DNA of 64,000 nt, from assembly GCF_009914755.1 (NCBI RefSeq), contig NC_060938.1; one strand, written 5' to 3'. A program made the translations under genes and the position numbers. Source of the stretch: the human T2T-CHM13v2.0 reference genome, Homo sapiens. The notes beneath the pieces are model-generated. The model ran no database searches. It was not told the origin of the DNA and saw only the letters and a program-made list of their open reading frames with translations. Positions 1 to 14,239 of this stretch are shown one piece after another. How positions within the stretch are numbered: the stretch's first letter is position 1; each line of letters starts with the position of its first letter.

Positions 1-19
1 TCTTCCCCTTGGATTGTTG

Positions 20-456
20 ACAAGTGTCTGCCAACTCTCAGTCCTATTCAGAGACCCACCCAGTGGTTCTACCCTGGCCTCAGCCAGTTGGACCAGGGAT
101 GGGCACTCAGCCCTCATAGGCAAAGAACCACCCAATGGGTCCGCCTCGGCCTTACCTGATTGGACCAGGGGTCTGTGTCTATGAGGCTGTTGGATGGTGA
201 TTGGCCAACCCCACCAGCTCTCTCTCAGAGGACCTGCCTGTGATCTGTTTAGAGGCCGCACTGGGGTAACAACAGTAGAGATGGGAAGACCTGGGGGGCC
301 CTCAAACCCCAGAGCTACTACTCTCTGCCAAAAGCTGGTCCAGCTCTCCCTGAGCCCTGGTGTGACAGCACGGAAATTTTCCTCATCCTCCTACAATAAC
401 CCACATCAGTGAGCCTGTCCGGGTCAGCTGTGACTTCAAAGCACTGAATTAACACA
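20..456 (+). mobile_element. Old MaLR (MLT1-type) LTR remnant
   Basis: Diverged resemblance to MLT1 LTRs, ending ctgaattaacaca; boundaries approximate. Confidence 0.35.
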
Positions 457-1544
457 GCATTCGAACCAGAATTCCTAAATTCTTCTCAAACACGTGTCCA
501 CGTTGGCCCCACGGCAGAGAAGCAGGAGGCCCGGCCACAGCCCAGGTGCTGCTCCTGAGGAAGCAGCTGACGTCTCCTGACATGGAACACCCTCCTCTCC
601 CTGGCTCGTCAAGGCACAAGGGGGTAAAATGAGGCCCCTTCAATGTGTAAGGACCTCTCTTGACAATGTAGTTACTTGGTTTGTTATTCTTATAATCAAA
701 GGGACCCACTAATACGTTGAAGGAATTTATGCAAAACAAATATTGAACAAATATTTAAGCTACACTGAACCAAGTGGAGAGCAGAGCAACCAGCTCAGGC
801 ATATTTATTCACCCTCACTGGGCAATTTTCCATACCTTTTTATAATTAAGTACTGTTGTTTTCATCTCCAGATCCCAAATATTTTACTCTCTGACACATC
901 TGTTGGACATTTGATGTATGTTTTCTCCTTTCTCTTTCTGAATGGAAAGCTGGTCACATATAGTCCAGCCTGCTCTTTGTTTTTGAGGAGAACACTGAGT
1001 CCCCACAGGCCTGGTAGGTATATTGCACATTACCTGAGTTAGAGGCAGAGAAGAGAACAGACTAAGGGCCCAGGACTCCTGATCCAGTGTTCCTGCCAAT
1101 ATCCCATGCTATCCTTTTTATCTGTAGGCAAGACGTCCCCAGCTATGGGATCTTGGACTCCTGAGCCTGCTCAGGCTTTCAACATGGGTACCAAGGCCAC
1201 CACCTCCTGGAAGCCCCTCCTGATGACCTCTCTAGATTTGGGGTTGCACAGTGCTTTGTCCGTAATGCTTCTATCTTTTAGCATCGTCAAATGTCTTCAT
1301 GCCTTTTACCTTCTATTGGACTCCAAGTCCTCTGAGGTCAAGACCTGGGGAAAATCGCCTTTATATTTCCCTACAGTGCCCAGCTCAGAGCCAATGTGTG
1401 TTTATTGGGTGGATGAGTGAATAAATGATGGAAAGACTGAAAACAGCAATGATTCTGCTGGAAAGAAAGTAGCCAGCTTAGAATTGGTAGAATTGGTAGC
1501 CAGCCGTGATATGAAAGGCAATGCAAGGTGGAGGTGAAGGGCAC

Positions 1545-1770
1545 GCATTCTTGAGTCACAGGGACCTAGATTCTAACCCCCACCACTCACTAGTGGTGTG
1601 ATCTTAGGCAATTTTCTTAATCTCCCTGTGCCTCTGTTTACTTGGGTGCAAATGAAGATAATGTGACTCTTTCCTTTGTGTTGTGAGAATTAGGTGAGAG
1701 AATGCAAGTAATGCACTAGCCCCTTTCCTGGCACATAGTAAGTGCTCAATAAACACTCATCATTAGCCCA
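1545..1770 (+). mobile_element. MIR SINE
   Basis: MIR core (tgtgatcttaggcaa...ctgtgcctctgttt) and 3' end cctggcacatagtaagtgctcaataaa. Confidence 0.8.
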
Positions 1771-2182
1771 TTGTTACTGTTGGAAGTTGGCTATCATCCC
1801 CACCTCAAAAGCTTTGTTTCTTCTCTGGGAAAACAAGAACCTACCTTCTTCTAACACTTCATTTTTTTTCTATGTTTCACTGGAAGCTTAGGCACTGATT
1901 AAATCTAGTTCCTCTCCTTTCAATTCTTCTTGATGGTGTTACCCACCTTCTAGCTCAAATTCAGAATCTTTTTCTTTTTGTGTCTGCAGTAAAGCCAGTG
2001 GTACATGCTTACTGGGTCTTCACCTTGCTCCTGGAGCCTCCGTATCCTGGTCAGGGCTGGGAAGAGGGGAAGAAAACTGAGGCCCTTCCTTGCCTTACAA
2101 ACAAAATTTAAAGGAAAACTCAGGAAATAAAGATAAAAACTCAGGAATAAAGATAAATTATATATATACACACACATATGTA

Positions 2183-2347
2183 TAGTGGTAAAATATGCGT
2201 AATATAAACTTTGTCATTTTAATTTTTAAGCGTATAATTCAGTGGCATTAAGAACATTCGCAGTGCTGTGCAACCACCCCCACTGTCTATTTCTAGAACT
2301 TTTCATCTTCCCAAAGAGAAATTCTGTACCCATTAAACAATAATTCC
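2183..2347 (-). mobile_element. L1MB-type 3' end fragment
   Basis: aattcagtggcattaag...tgtgcaacca...tctgtacccattaaacaataa, antisense L1M 3'UTR; similar to 6690-6860. Confidence 0.7.
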
Positions 2348-2377
2348 TGAGGAAAATATGTTAATGCACTATTTTTA

Positions 2378-2812
2378 AATTTTATTTATTTCAATAGTTT
2401 TGGGGCTACAGGTGGTTTTTGGTTACATAGATAAGTGGAGATGTCTAAGATTTTAGTGTACCCATCACCCAAGCAGCGTACATTGTATTCAATATGTACC
2501 ATTTTATCCCTCACCCTCTTCCCAACCTTCCCCTGAAATCCCCAAAGTCCATTATATCATTCTTATGGTTTTGCATCCTCATAGCTTAGCTCCCATTTAT
2601 AAGTGAGAACATATGATATTTGGTTCTCCATTCCTGAGTTACTTCACTTAGAATAATGGCCTCCAGTTCCATCCATGTTGCTGTAAAAGACATTATTTTG
2701 TTCCTTTTTATGGCTGAGTAGTATTCTATGGTGTATGTATACTACATTTTCTTTAGCCACTCAGTTGACAGGCACTTAGGTTGGTTCCATATGTTTGCAG
2801 TTGCAAATTGTT
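2378..2812 (-). mobile_element. L1PB-type 3' end fragment
   Basis: tttcaatagttttgggg...ggttacat...catagcttagctcccatttataagtgagaacat, antisense L1PB 3'UTR. Confidence 0.85.
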
Positions 2813-3026
2813 ATGCATTATTTTTTAAAATTTGAAATGAATGCAAAAATTTATGATGAACAAAATACTAAAATTTTAAAGAAAGACAGTATCAGTTAGC
2901 TAAATTAATTAAAAATTCTTTAAGATTGTCATTTGGCCAAGAGAAATTGACAAACGTGGCGATTCTCTCCATTAAAACTGAAAATGAGATGAAGAAAGAA
3001 ATTGATTTTTTAAAAACATAACTGAT

Positions 3027-3641
<615 letters not shown>

Positions 3642-6600
3642 GCCCACATGGCCACGTGTTCATTCTTTCATTCATACACTAAGCATTCATGGAATATCTA
3701 CATGCCAAGCATAGGGCAAGGCATTTGGGACCCAGAAAAGAACAGCACCAAAGCCCTGTTGTTGAGAACCCAGGTTAGAACAGAGTTGATTACAGTGCAG
3801 GTGCCTTCACAGGGCGGACGGCATAGAGCAGGTGGTGAACATATCTGTCTGGAGTGTGAGTTACCTTTGACTCCTCCCTCCTCTTCATTCAGGCTGTGTG
3901 ACCTCTGTGGCCTATGACCTTGCAAGGGAAGGCAGGCTTCAGTTCTCTTCTTTCTGACTCTCCTGGTCATCCTGTCTCAGAGCCAGGCGTGCAGCCCCTC
4001 CATCTGCCAGCCCTGAGACCTCACGCAAGTCAGTCAGCTTTCAGGGCCTCAGTGTCTTCCCTTTCAAAGTAGAAAGCCCTTTTCCCTCACAGCTCCCAGG
4101 CGTCTATGAAGCAAATCAGCTAAGTCCTTGTAAAGTTCATATCCATGTGAGGGAGCGATATTGTGAGTGGATTGATCACTCCGTAGATGCAGCACCAAGA
4201 GCCACTGTTACACAGATAACTGGTTATCTAAAAGTCATTTGGCAAATGTTTGCTGAGCGCCTACTGTGCACCTAGCCTAGTGACATCTGTGGCATCTTAA
4301 GGTTTATCAAGCATTTTCATACATCCCATTTTTTATTCTTCTAGAAGGAGATGACATACTAAGCCCATTTTTACAAACAAAGAAACCGAGCCTCAGTCAC
4401 ATTGAACCCAAAGTCGCTTGACTATTTGGGGGCACTCTGAGATTTACACATATCTCAGACTCTATGACCAGTTCTCCTTCGGTTATATCTCAAGGCTCCG
4501 CAGGGGCCTGCCACCCACCTCCCCCTACCCCCAGTCTGGCCTTGGAAAGGGATTCCAGGCAGGAAGGAATTTCCGTGGGCCTCTTCCTGCCTGGTCCAGT
4601 GCCCCTACCTATGCCCATGGGACTCTGGGGTCACCTCTTACGCTCCTCACTCTAGTAGCACAGCAGTGGCATCTGGCAAGAAGAGCTTTGGAAAAGGCAG
4701 GCCTGGCCTCCAGCCCCACCTGCACTTGGCTGGCCTTGACCTTGACCTCCCCCTGCTCCTCTGCACAGTAGGAAATAGGTCTTATGGCACAGGGCTGTGG
4801 TGAGTGCTACACGGGAAGGGGAGGGGGGTCTATATTCAAAAGGACCTGGCAAGGAGGTTTCTGTTCTATTCTTAATAACAGAAGTCTCATCTTTACCTTG
4901 GTCTCATCCATCAGTAGGGTGGGGACTGCATGGCCACTTAGCAAAGTAAGTCCCTCTGAAGTAGGTCCCCGCTTCTGCCTGCAAGCTGGGTTAGAGGAAT
5001 CACCATTGCAATCTGCTCTAGAGTCACCCCAGTAGTTTTCTGATTTACAGGTATCTGTGCCTCCTTGCTGTGTTCCCAGGGGTGTGCTGGGCTCAGTAGA
5101 GCATCCAAGGTAAGGCCTAGTTACTGCCCTTGGAAACTTGCAGCCTGCGAGAGGAGGCAGGAGCAAGCTGATCTGACCAGCAAGGACCTGACCAGCAAGC
5201 AGGTCACACAGCCTGAATGAAGACTCTCTTGGGAAGCAATCTCTGCCCTTTCTGACAATGTTAGAAACTGCTGACAAACTTCACCCCACCCTCCTGAGGG
5301 ATGCTTGCTCTTTGGGTAGTGTGTGCTCTAAAAGGCTTCCTGGAGGAGGAAGAGGTTGAGAGAGAGACGGGGTTTAGTGACTTCCTCCATCCTGACTCTT
5401 CGGGGTACATCCACTTCTCTTTTGAATCAAACTTTACTTCTTTCATCTCTTCACCAAACTATTCTTCATCCTCCAAGGTTCAGCTCAAGGTCCTCTCCTC
5501 CAGGAAGCCTTCCTGAATGCTCACAGGCTGAGTTTGAGGTCCTCTCCTCTGTGCTACTACAGCATCCTCTGTTATATCTATAATCATAATTTCAAAAAGT
5601 AATCATAGTTATTGCCTGTTTGGTACGTATTTTATGCTGTGTTCCTCACCTCACTGCATCCTCCTAATTTCCAAAGTGATGTAGGAACTTTTACTAATAT
5701 CTCTATTTTGCAGATGAAGAAACAGAGGGTTAGTACATGGCAGACCTGAGCTTTAAACTCAGTGGCTGATCCCAAGGCCTCTCTCTGGACCAGCACCGGC
5801 AGGCTGTGAGAGCCTGGACCCTGCCCTCTTCACATTCACATTCCCAGTCCTCAGCACAGGGCCTGGTCTGCAGTGCAAGCTCAGAAAATGATCTCTGGAT
5901 TAAAATGTTCTCTAATGTTCTGCCCATCATGTACCGAGCACAGGTGGGAACTTGGTGCCTGGAGATACTAGAATCATCTGATCTTCACCAAGGTTAGCAT
6001 TCCCATTTCACAGAGGCATTAATGGAGAGTCAGAGAGACCAATGCAGAGTAGCCAGCACATGGTATGCCCTCCATGCCTCTACAGTTTTTCCTGCTGTCA
6101 CACTTCCTCCCCACCCTCCTGAGCACAGCACATTCTTTGGGCAATGTGCACTCTGGGAAGGCTTCCTGGTGGAGAAAGAGCTTGAGAGGTGATGAAGGTT
6201 CATTTCCCCCCCGGAGATGCCGAGGCATCAAGGAGGAACACCACCTTGCAGCATTCCATTCCATTTCATTTTTTCAACCCCCTTTCTGGGGTTTAGCTGT
6301 TGCACACAAGCCTTCATTTACTGTCTCATCTGCAAAACGGGAGCAACAATATTACTAACCCCACAGGCTTGTTTCAATGCAATAATGAAATAATGGGAAA
6401 TGAAATTGCTTTGTAAACTGTCAAATGCCATACAAATGTCAATTGCTGTTACGTCGGCCCCACTGGCCGACTTCGCTTCCCGAAGCAGTGCTGTCTGGGC
6501 ACCCCCGTCTTGCCTCGTTTCACAGGAGCCAGCTTGGAGTCGGGTCTCTGGTCATACTGCTGTTGTCTTGTAATCACATGGTCCTGAGGTCTGTCCCCTC

Positions 6601-6687
6601 CGTGCACTGTCCCTCTTGGTCCTTCTAATGGGGCTTCTATGAAGACTGTTGAGAAACGGTTCATTTTCTCAGGGCTGCATTCTTGGG

Positions 6688-7560
<873 letters not shown>

Positions 7561-9379
7561 TCGGGATTGCATTTTACCAACTCCTCTGCCTATGTACTGA
7601 GCACCTATTTTGTGATCGGCGTGACCTCTGTTGAAAGCCTAGATAAAAAATAACATTTAAAAATAGGAAAGACTAAGGGGAGGAGTCATTCAGTGACTTA
7701 CAGAAAACACAGGAGGAGCAGACAGAAGTTCAAGGTAGAAATGCTGAGCCTGTAACAGCGCCAACGTGCAGAACTTGTTGCATGACGGAGCTTTTGCGTG
7801 TACTTGTAATCATGGATAATTTTATTACTTTTTACCAGATGCCTGTTAAATCCCTTCATATAAAAAGCAATGATTTTTCTTTTGCCAAAGGACTTGAGAA
7901 ATGCCTATTCTGAAACCATGAATACCAGGGATACCAAGCAGACAGCAAAACCCCCAATGCAAACGTGTCTAGCTTTCCCAGTAAAGAATATTACAGGAAC
8001 AGAGGATTTTTTTACATACTCATAAAATGATTATACTTGTTCTGAGAATTTCCTGGTTTGAGTATGACTGTTACAGACTTATTTCATAAGTTGATTTATT
8101 TTATAACAGTATCTGCAGGGACCTGTGTTTTAATTCCAGTTGGCTTTTTAGTTTTTTTTTGTTTTCCTTTTCCCATATCACATCTGAAAAGTTTCTTTCC
8201 AGCATGCTGCATTTAGAAGTGGCTAGAACTGTAAAAGGTCCTTGGTACTTCGAAACCCTGTTCATGTTCTCGGCTGCTAACATTCCGTTTTGAGATTGTC
8301 CTTGCCTTGAATATTCATTGGCCATTTCTGTTGTTGCATTTACCAAAATAAAATCTACTTCAGCTTGTTTCTCTCTGGGAAAGGGCTGGTGAGCAGCTTT
8401 CTGACAGTTGTATATTAAATGCAGGTGGCTTCATGAATGCACTTTCTGTCTGGCTCAGAACATTAACCATAACCCACAGTTTCTTCCAAAGGAACTGGAA
8501 TGAATTAAATTGTTTAATAAAACCTTACTTACCTGGATAAACTCATTTCTATTTTGCATTTGGATTCCCTAATGCATCTTTCCAGATTGTTATTTGTAAA
8601 ATAAAAAGCTAGACGTGTTTACTTAGAAAGCCAAACATCGGACTCTAATCCTGGTTCCTATCCAAGTTCTTTGCAACATCTTTTTTCACATTTCCTACTA
8701 CATTATGAACCGTTGCATATTTCATTTAGCACGAATTGATCACTCCCACCCCAGGTCCAAATTAAGATTCACTTAGGCATTGCATTTTCTTTTTCTGCAT
8801 ATGTTTCTCTCCATGGCACCTCTGAAATCCGTACTGTTTCAGACAGAAAGGAGCCCAAAGTTGCATATTTGCAAATTCATTTTAAAGGAATGTCCTTGCG
8901 AGAAGGCCTTGTCTGACTTCTGGATGAAGTTCTCCAGAATTATCAAGGGTCCCTGTAAGGAGCTGCTTATAGGGATGTTGTTATACTCCTTATAAAATCA
9001 TTCCAGAGCCAACATGGTAGACTAAGCTGATCGTTTAGTTCATACGGAAAGCTGGACCTGAAGGATCAACCATCTTTCTCCATAACCTTGGCAAAGCAGT
9101 TTCTGGCACATAGTAGGCCCTAAGTGAGTGCTGGCTAAATTGACTACTGAATAAATAAACAGTGAGGATAACTGACTTCTTTTTATTTCCCCTTCTTCCC
9201 TTTTCCAGAAACTCACTCCCAAATTTTATGCTCAAATACAATTAGCTATATTAGTGCAGATATTCGATCTAATTGCACCCTCTCTTTCTTCTGAAAACTT
9301 TAAAATTTCTAGACAATTTTATTATTCACCTCTCTTGACATAAAGTACTAAAGATAAGCTCCTTCTAAGAGCCAATATT

Positions 9380-9760
9380 CACTGAGCACATACTTTTTCT
9401 GATGTCACCTTCCTTAATCTGCTCACTGACCCTGTGTGCCAGGAATCAGTTCTCTATGTAATAGATGAGGAAACCTCAACATTTTTGTCCTTGATTTTTT
9501 GAGCAAGCTGGTAGCTAACATGTTTATAGTGTTTACTGCGTGCCATGTTTACTGCATGCCATGCACTGTGCTGATTATCTGACTTAATACACACACATAC
9601 ACACAGAAATTCACGAGGAAGGTATCCTTGGCATCCCCATTTTGTGGACGAAGAAATTGAGACTTGGGAAATAATTAGTTGAAGCACACGCAGCTTAGAA
9701 GTGGCAGAGACTGGCTTTGAACTCAGGACTCCTACCTCCCAGGCCGGTGCACCCAACATG
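9380..9760 (-). mobile_element. MIR fragments
   Basis: atagatgaggaaacc; ccccattttgtggacgaagaaattgagact...gtggcagagactggctttgaactcagg. Confidence 0.65.
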
Positions 9761-10479
9761 ATTCCTAGGTGTAGTGCAAGATCGCCAATTCAGCCGCATT
9801 TTCATCCAGATGCAAATGGTTCCTTCTCATACTGCAGCAGCTGCCTACGGACCACTGACTGGGCTTCGGATAAAATGAAGTGGATATTATTGCAGAACAA
9901 AGTGGTTAATAGACCAGGCATCACTGCAGCAAGGAATATGACTGCAGGCTGCACGACCTCAGCTTTGCTGTGTGTGTCAGGGGCTGCTCAATGGAAGAGA
10001 AAGGGTGCTGGCTGGGCTGGAGGGCCGCCACGCAGTTCTCACCTCAGGCAAGTGCCTTCCACACTTTGAGAATCATCTCCCGATGACAGGCATTGGGCTG
10101 GATGTCACCCAGGCTCATGGCAGCTTGGACAACCTTCTCTTCCCCCTCTGGGCCTGGCCATTTGCAGGGGAGTCATTCTGAAGGCCCCCCTGCCCCCATC
10201 TGCAGGCCTGCTGCACACAAGTCCTTCACGTCAAACTGCTTGAAAAACTCGACAGCAACATCGGAGATGAGGTGCTTGAGGTTTATCAAGTTTTCAAGAT
10301 TACACCTCCATAAACCCTTTACAAGGCCGCTCAGCACCAGCCCTCGGAGCCTCCCCGGGCATCGCTGCCACCTCTGGCAGGCGCCAGCAGAGGCTCAGGA
10401 AGCCAGACAGCCCCCCACCCACCCACCCACCCACCGATCAGACCCACAATGGCACTGTTAGGAGGAGGGGGAGAAAGCA

Positions 10480-10810
10480 CAGCACTGGTTACCTTATAAT
10501 CAAATTTTCGCTGCACTCTCTGACAGGTTTTTAAGTCACTTAAGGGATCTATTTATATGTGAAAGCATCAGCATCGTGCAGTAAATCCAACCACAAGCCA
10601 GTCCCATATTTTATTAAGTTTAAGTTCAGTGAAAGTGCAGAGCAAACGAGGGCCCTGTGTCTCTCCGTTACATCTGATTTGCGGTTCCCATAAAAAGGCC
10701 CACATGCCGCTGTTTCAGATGTGTTTTGGATTGAAAATAGGATTAATGTGCTAAAGTGTGATTAGAATGGTTAAACACGATTAATTGGAACAGACTTCTG
10801 CTGCCAAGGG
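10480..10810. promoter_or_regulatory. Candidate developmental enhancer (TE-free, motif dense)
   Basis: AACCACA and TGCGGTT (RUNX-type), CATCTG and CAGATG E-boxes, CCCATAAAA and TTTTATTA (posterior HOX-type), GGATTA, TTAATTG; motif evidence only. Confidence 0.4.
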
Positions 10811-10959
10811 AGCTCCTCCGAGGCTGGCCCCGCTCCAGGTTACCAAGTGAACAAAGCCGACCAACTGTCCAACCCCTTCCACGTCTCGCCTCACGTGCCT
10901 TGCCCCTTGCATTTTCTCATCGCCAGCCTGTCTCAGGGCAGATTAAATGCAGCTGAGAA

Positions 10960-11480
10960 TGTTGGGCTCACTCGGCGGCGGGCGTCCTCCGGGAATAGGC
11001 AGGAACCTCGGCCCGGCCTGGCCTTGGCGGTGCCGGCCGAGGGCTGCCGCGCACCGGGGGCAGCGGGCCAGGTGGCTGGGCTGGGGTGGGAGTAATTTGG
11101 GTTTTTTTTTTAAATGATCTATTAAACCCCTGAACTTTAATCAAGCTGCTACCACACTGACGGTGCTGATTTACTCGAGGAGCCAAGGGGCCCGGCCAGG
11201 CGCAGGCCACTGGGGTTGGCGGGAGGGCCAGGGCCGCCTGTTCAGGTCACCCGTGGCCCCCGGGGGCTTGGTCCTCAGCCAGGGGGCTGGACAGAGGTGA
11301 ACCTGCCTCCCAAACACAGACGGAGGCTTTCCAGTGGAGTCCAGCCAAGCCTGCCCCAGGCGGCCTGCCCGTGGGATTCCCTTGGAGGGGGGGGCCCTCT
11401 CGGCGGGGGCTGGTTCCTCCACACTGAAGTCACCAGGAAAATGTGGGGTCTCCCAGGCGGCAGCTGCTCCCGAGTCACCC
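10960..11480. promoter_or_regulatory. GC/CpG-rich island-like segment
   Basis: Highest non-Alu CpG density in the window (cggcggcgggcg, gccggccg, gccgcgcaccgg) around an AT-rich core at 11090-11175. Confidence 0.55.
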
Positions 11481-11802
11481 GTCCCTCTAAGGCCAGGCAG
11501 ACCGAAGTGACTTTCTCAGAAGTCCCTCAGGATAAACATGTTTAAAAGTGGCGTTCCTCACACCAGGGAGCTTGAAAGAGCTTCTTAAACAGTGAAGAAG
11601 AAAACTTCTTATAGGCCCAGAACTTTAGAGCAGGCTGCCCCTTTAAAAGGGTCGCCTGGATATTAAAGGGAAACAGGTCCTGGGAGGGACCCATTTCCCC
11701 AGGTCCCGGGCTCTGTGTGCCACGCAACTGCTGAAAGTGTGAGGGGCTTTACGGTGGTAAACTCTGTTTTTATCTCTCCCTTGGGTCCACTAAATAAGGA
11801 GG

Positions 11803-13025
11803 GGTGTGTATGAGAGAGAGAACGGCTGTGTCTGTGTGGTGTGCATGTCTGTATGTGCGTGTCTGTGTGGTGTATATGGTGTGTGTGTGTATCTGTGTGG
11901 TGCGTGAGTCTGTGTGTGTCCCTGCACACCTACAGATTGTGTGAGTCTGTGTGTGTGTGTCTGTGTATATGTATCTGTGTGGTGTATGGTGTGTCTCTGT
12001 GTGTGTATATCTGTGTGGGGTGTGTGTGGGCCTGTGTATTCATGAATGTCTATGGTGTGTGTGTCTGAGTGTGTCTGTGTGTGGCTTGTGTGTCCATGTG
12101 GTATGTATAGTGTGTGTGTGTCTGTATGGTATGTATGGTGTATGTGTGTGTGTGTCTGTGTGGTAGGTATGGTGTGTGTGTGTCTATGTGGCATGTATGG
12201 TATATGTGTGTATGTCTGGGGTGTGTCTGTGTGTGTGTCTGTGTGATGTATATGACATATGTGTGTGTTCATGTGGTATGTGTATGTGTCTATATGTGTG
12301 TGTCTGTGTGGTGTATATGGTGTGTGTGTGTATCCGTGTGGTGTGTGAGTGTGTGTTGTGCCCATGCATGTCTATGGGTTGTGTGTGTGAGTCTGTGTGT
12401 GTGTCTGTATGCACATGTGTCTGTGTGGTGCATGGTCTGTATGAGTCTGTGTATGAGTCCATGCATGTCTGTGGTGTGTGTGTGTGTTCATTGTATGCAT
12501 GTGTCTTTGTGTGGTGTGTGTGTCCATGTGGTATATATCGTGTGTGTGTGTCTATGTGGCATGTATCTGTGTGTGTGTCTGTGTCTGAGTCTGTGTGCAT
12601 GCATATCTATTGTGTGTGTGTGTCTGTGTGATGTGTATGGTATATGTGTGTGTGTCTGTGTGGTATGTATGTGTGTGTCTGTCCGTATGTGGGTCTGTCT
12701 GTGTGCATGCATGTCTATGGGGTGTGTGTGTCTGTGTGATGTGTATGGTGTATGTGTGCGTGTCTGTGTGGTATGTATGCTGTGTTTGTCTCTGTGTGCC
12801 CATGTATGTCTGCAGGTGTATGTGTGTGGTTGTGTATGTGTGTGTGTGTGTCTGTGTGGTATGTATGTGTGTGTCTGTCCGTATGTGGGTCTGTCTGTGT
12901 GCATGCATGTCTATGGGGTGTGTGTGTCTGTGTGATGTGTATGGTGTATGTGTGCATATCTGTGTGGTATGTATGCTGTGTTTGTCTCTGTGTGTCCATG
13001 TATGTCTGCAGGTGTATGTGTGTGG

Positions 13026-13065
<40 letters not shown>
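11803..13065 (+). repeat. Complex TG-rich array ending in pure (TG)n; includes a 196-bp tandem duplication
   Basis: Direct reading; gtccgtatgt at 12681 and 12877, tgcagg at 12811 and 13007. Confidence 0.97.
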
Positions 13066-13224
13066 TTGATGGGGAGAGACTGAAAGCAGGAGTTGGGCCT
13101 TCCGGAAATGTCAGCTCTTCTAGGCTTCAGCTTCAGGCAGGCTGAAAGCATCGAGGCAAGAGGAAGGTGGCCATATGAGTTCTGGTCTAACCCAGTACTC
13201 TTGGGAGTAAAAGACGCCAGTTGT

Positions 13225-13483
13225 CACCACACACAGACTCACACATACACACCCCAAACAGATATAGATGCATACACCATACATGCCACGTAGACACACA
13301 CACCATACATACCACACAGTATACACATACACGATACACCATACACATCACACAGACACACACACCCCATAGATATTCATGGACACAGACTCACACAAAG
13401 ACAGACACACACATGTACTGCACAGACATACACACATACACCATACACATCACACAGACACACACACACTATACATACCACAT
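13225..13483 (-). repeat. CA-rich array, inverted relative of the TG array
   Basis: Reverse complement shares exact 30-40 bp words with 12095-12125 and 12714-12753. Confidence 0.9.
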
Positions 13484-14239
13484 GATCAGAGGTGTAAACA
13501 GGAGCTGAGTGGGCGTGAGGACCCTGCAGGAAGGTAGAGGCCCTTGGAGACACTCTAGGCCACAGTGGGAGAGACCAAGCCCAGAGAGGGAGGGTCAGTC
13601 GGAGATAACATGGGAGTGGGGGCGGGTGAGCTGGGTGGAAGCACCACCACCGCTCTTCTCAGGGCCTTATCTCCAAGGGTCCCAGGCAGCCTGCACTTGT
13701 TCCATCCCTGCTTTTTTTAATTCTCACTCCTTCCAGGACTCTCCCCTTTTGGATGCGCCCCACACCCCACATGGCCTCTGCCAGTCCTTCAAGGGCCCGT
13801 CCGGCGGTTGCTACAAGAACGTTTATCCAACCAACCCCCTGCATCTCCAGGGCACCCGCCCCAGGGTCACGCCAGGCTTGTCATGCATCTCCATTGGCCC
13901 CACCTGGCACTGTCGAGATGGCACAGCTAAGGCAGCTACCAGACTAGAGAGCAAGGGTCGGGACATTGGTCCATTTCCCCACCTGGAAAATGGGGACAAT
14001 ATTCCCCCAAATTCAATACTCACAATTTTTATAGAAATTTGGCCACATATCAATTCAAGACACATACTTAATTAGGGTATCTTTCTTTCTTTCCTTAAAT
14101 TATTGTTATTAAAGCAGTGTTGGGTCTCCCAGTGAAAGATGTGTTAGAACTGAGAAAATTCAGAATAGCCACTCTCGTGAGGTTGTTCTGTAGATTAAAT
14201 GGCAGAAAACAGCACAAGGGCAGGCACGTGCTGAGCTCT

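Noticed and set aside
2115-2157. Tiny tandem duplications (also 43843-43880 and 48908-48958)
   Set aside because: Ordinary slippage events with no further signal
10362-10396. CTCF site (gccagaggtggcagcg on the minus strand)
   Set aside because: Only the 3' half fits the consensus; not supportable without a PWM scan or ChIP data
11663-13508. Long Cys/Val- and His/Thr-rich ORFs up to 273 aa
   Set aside because: Translations of TG/CA low-complexity sequence
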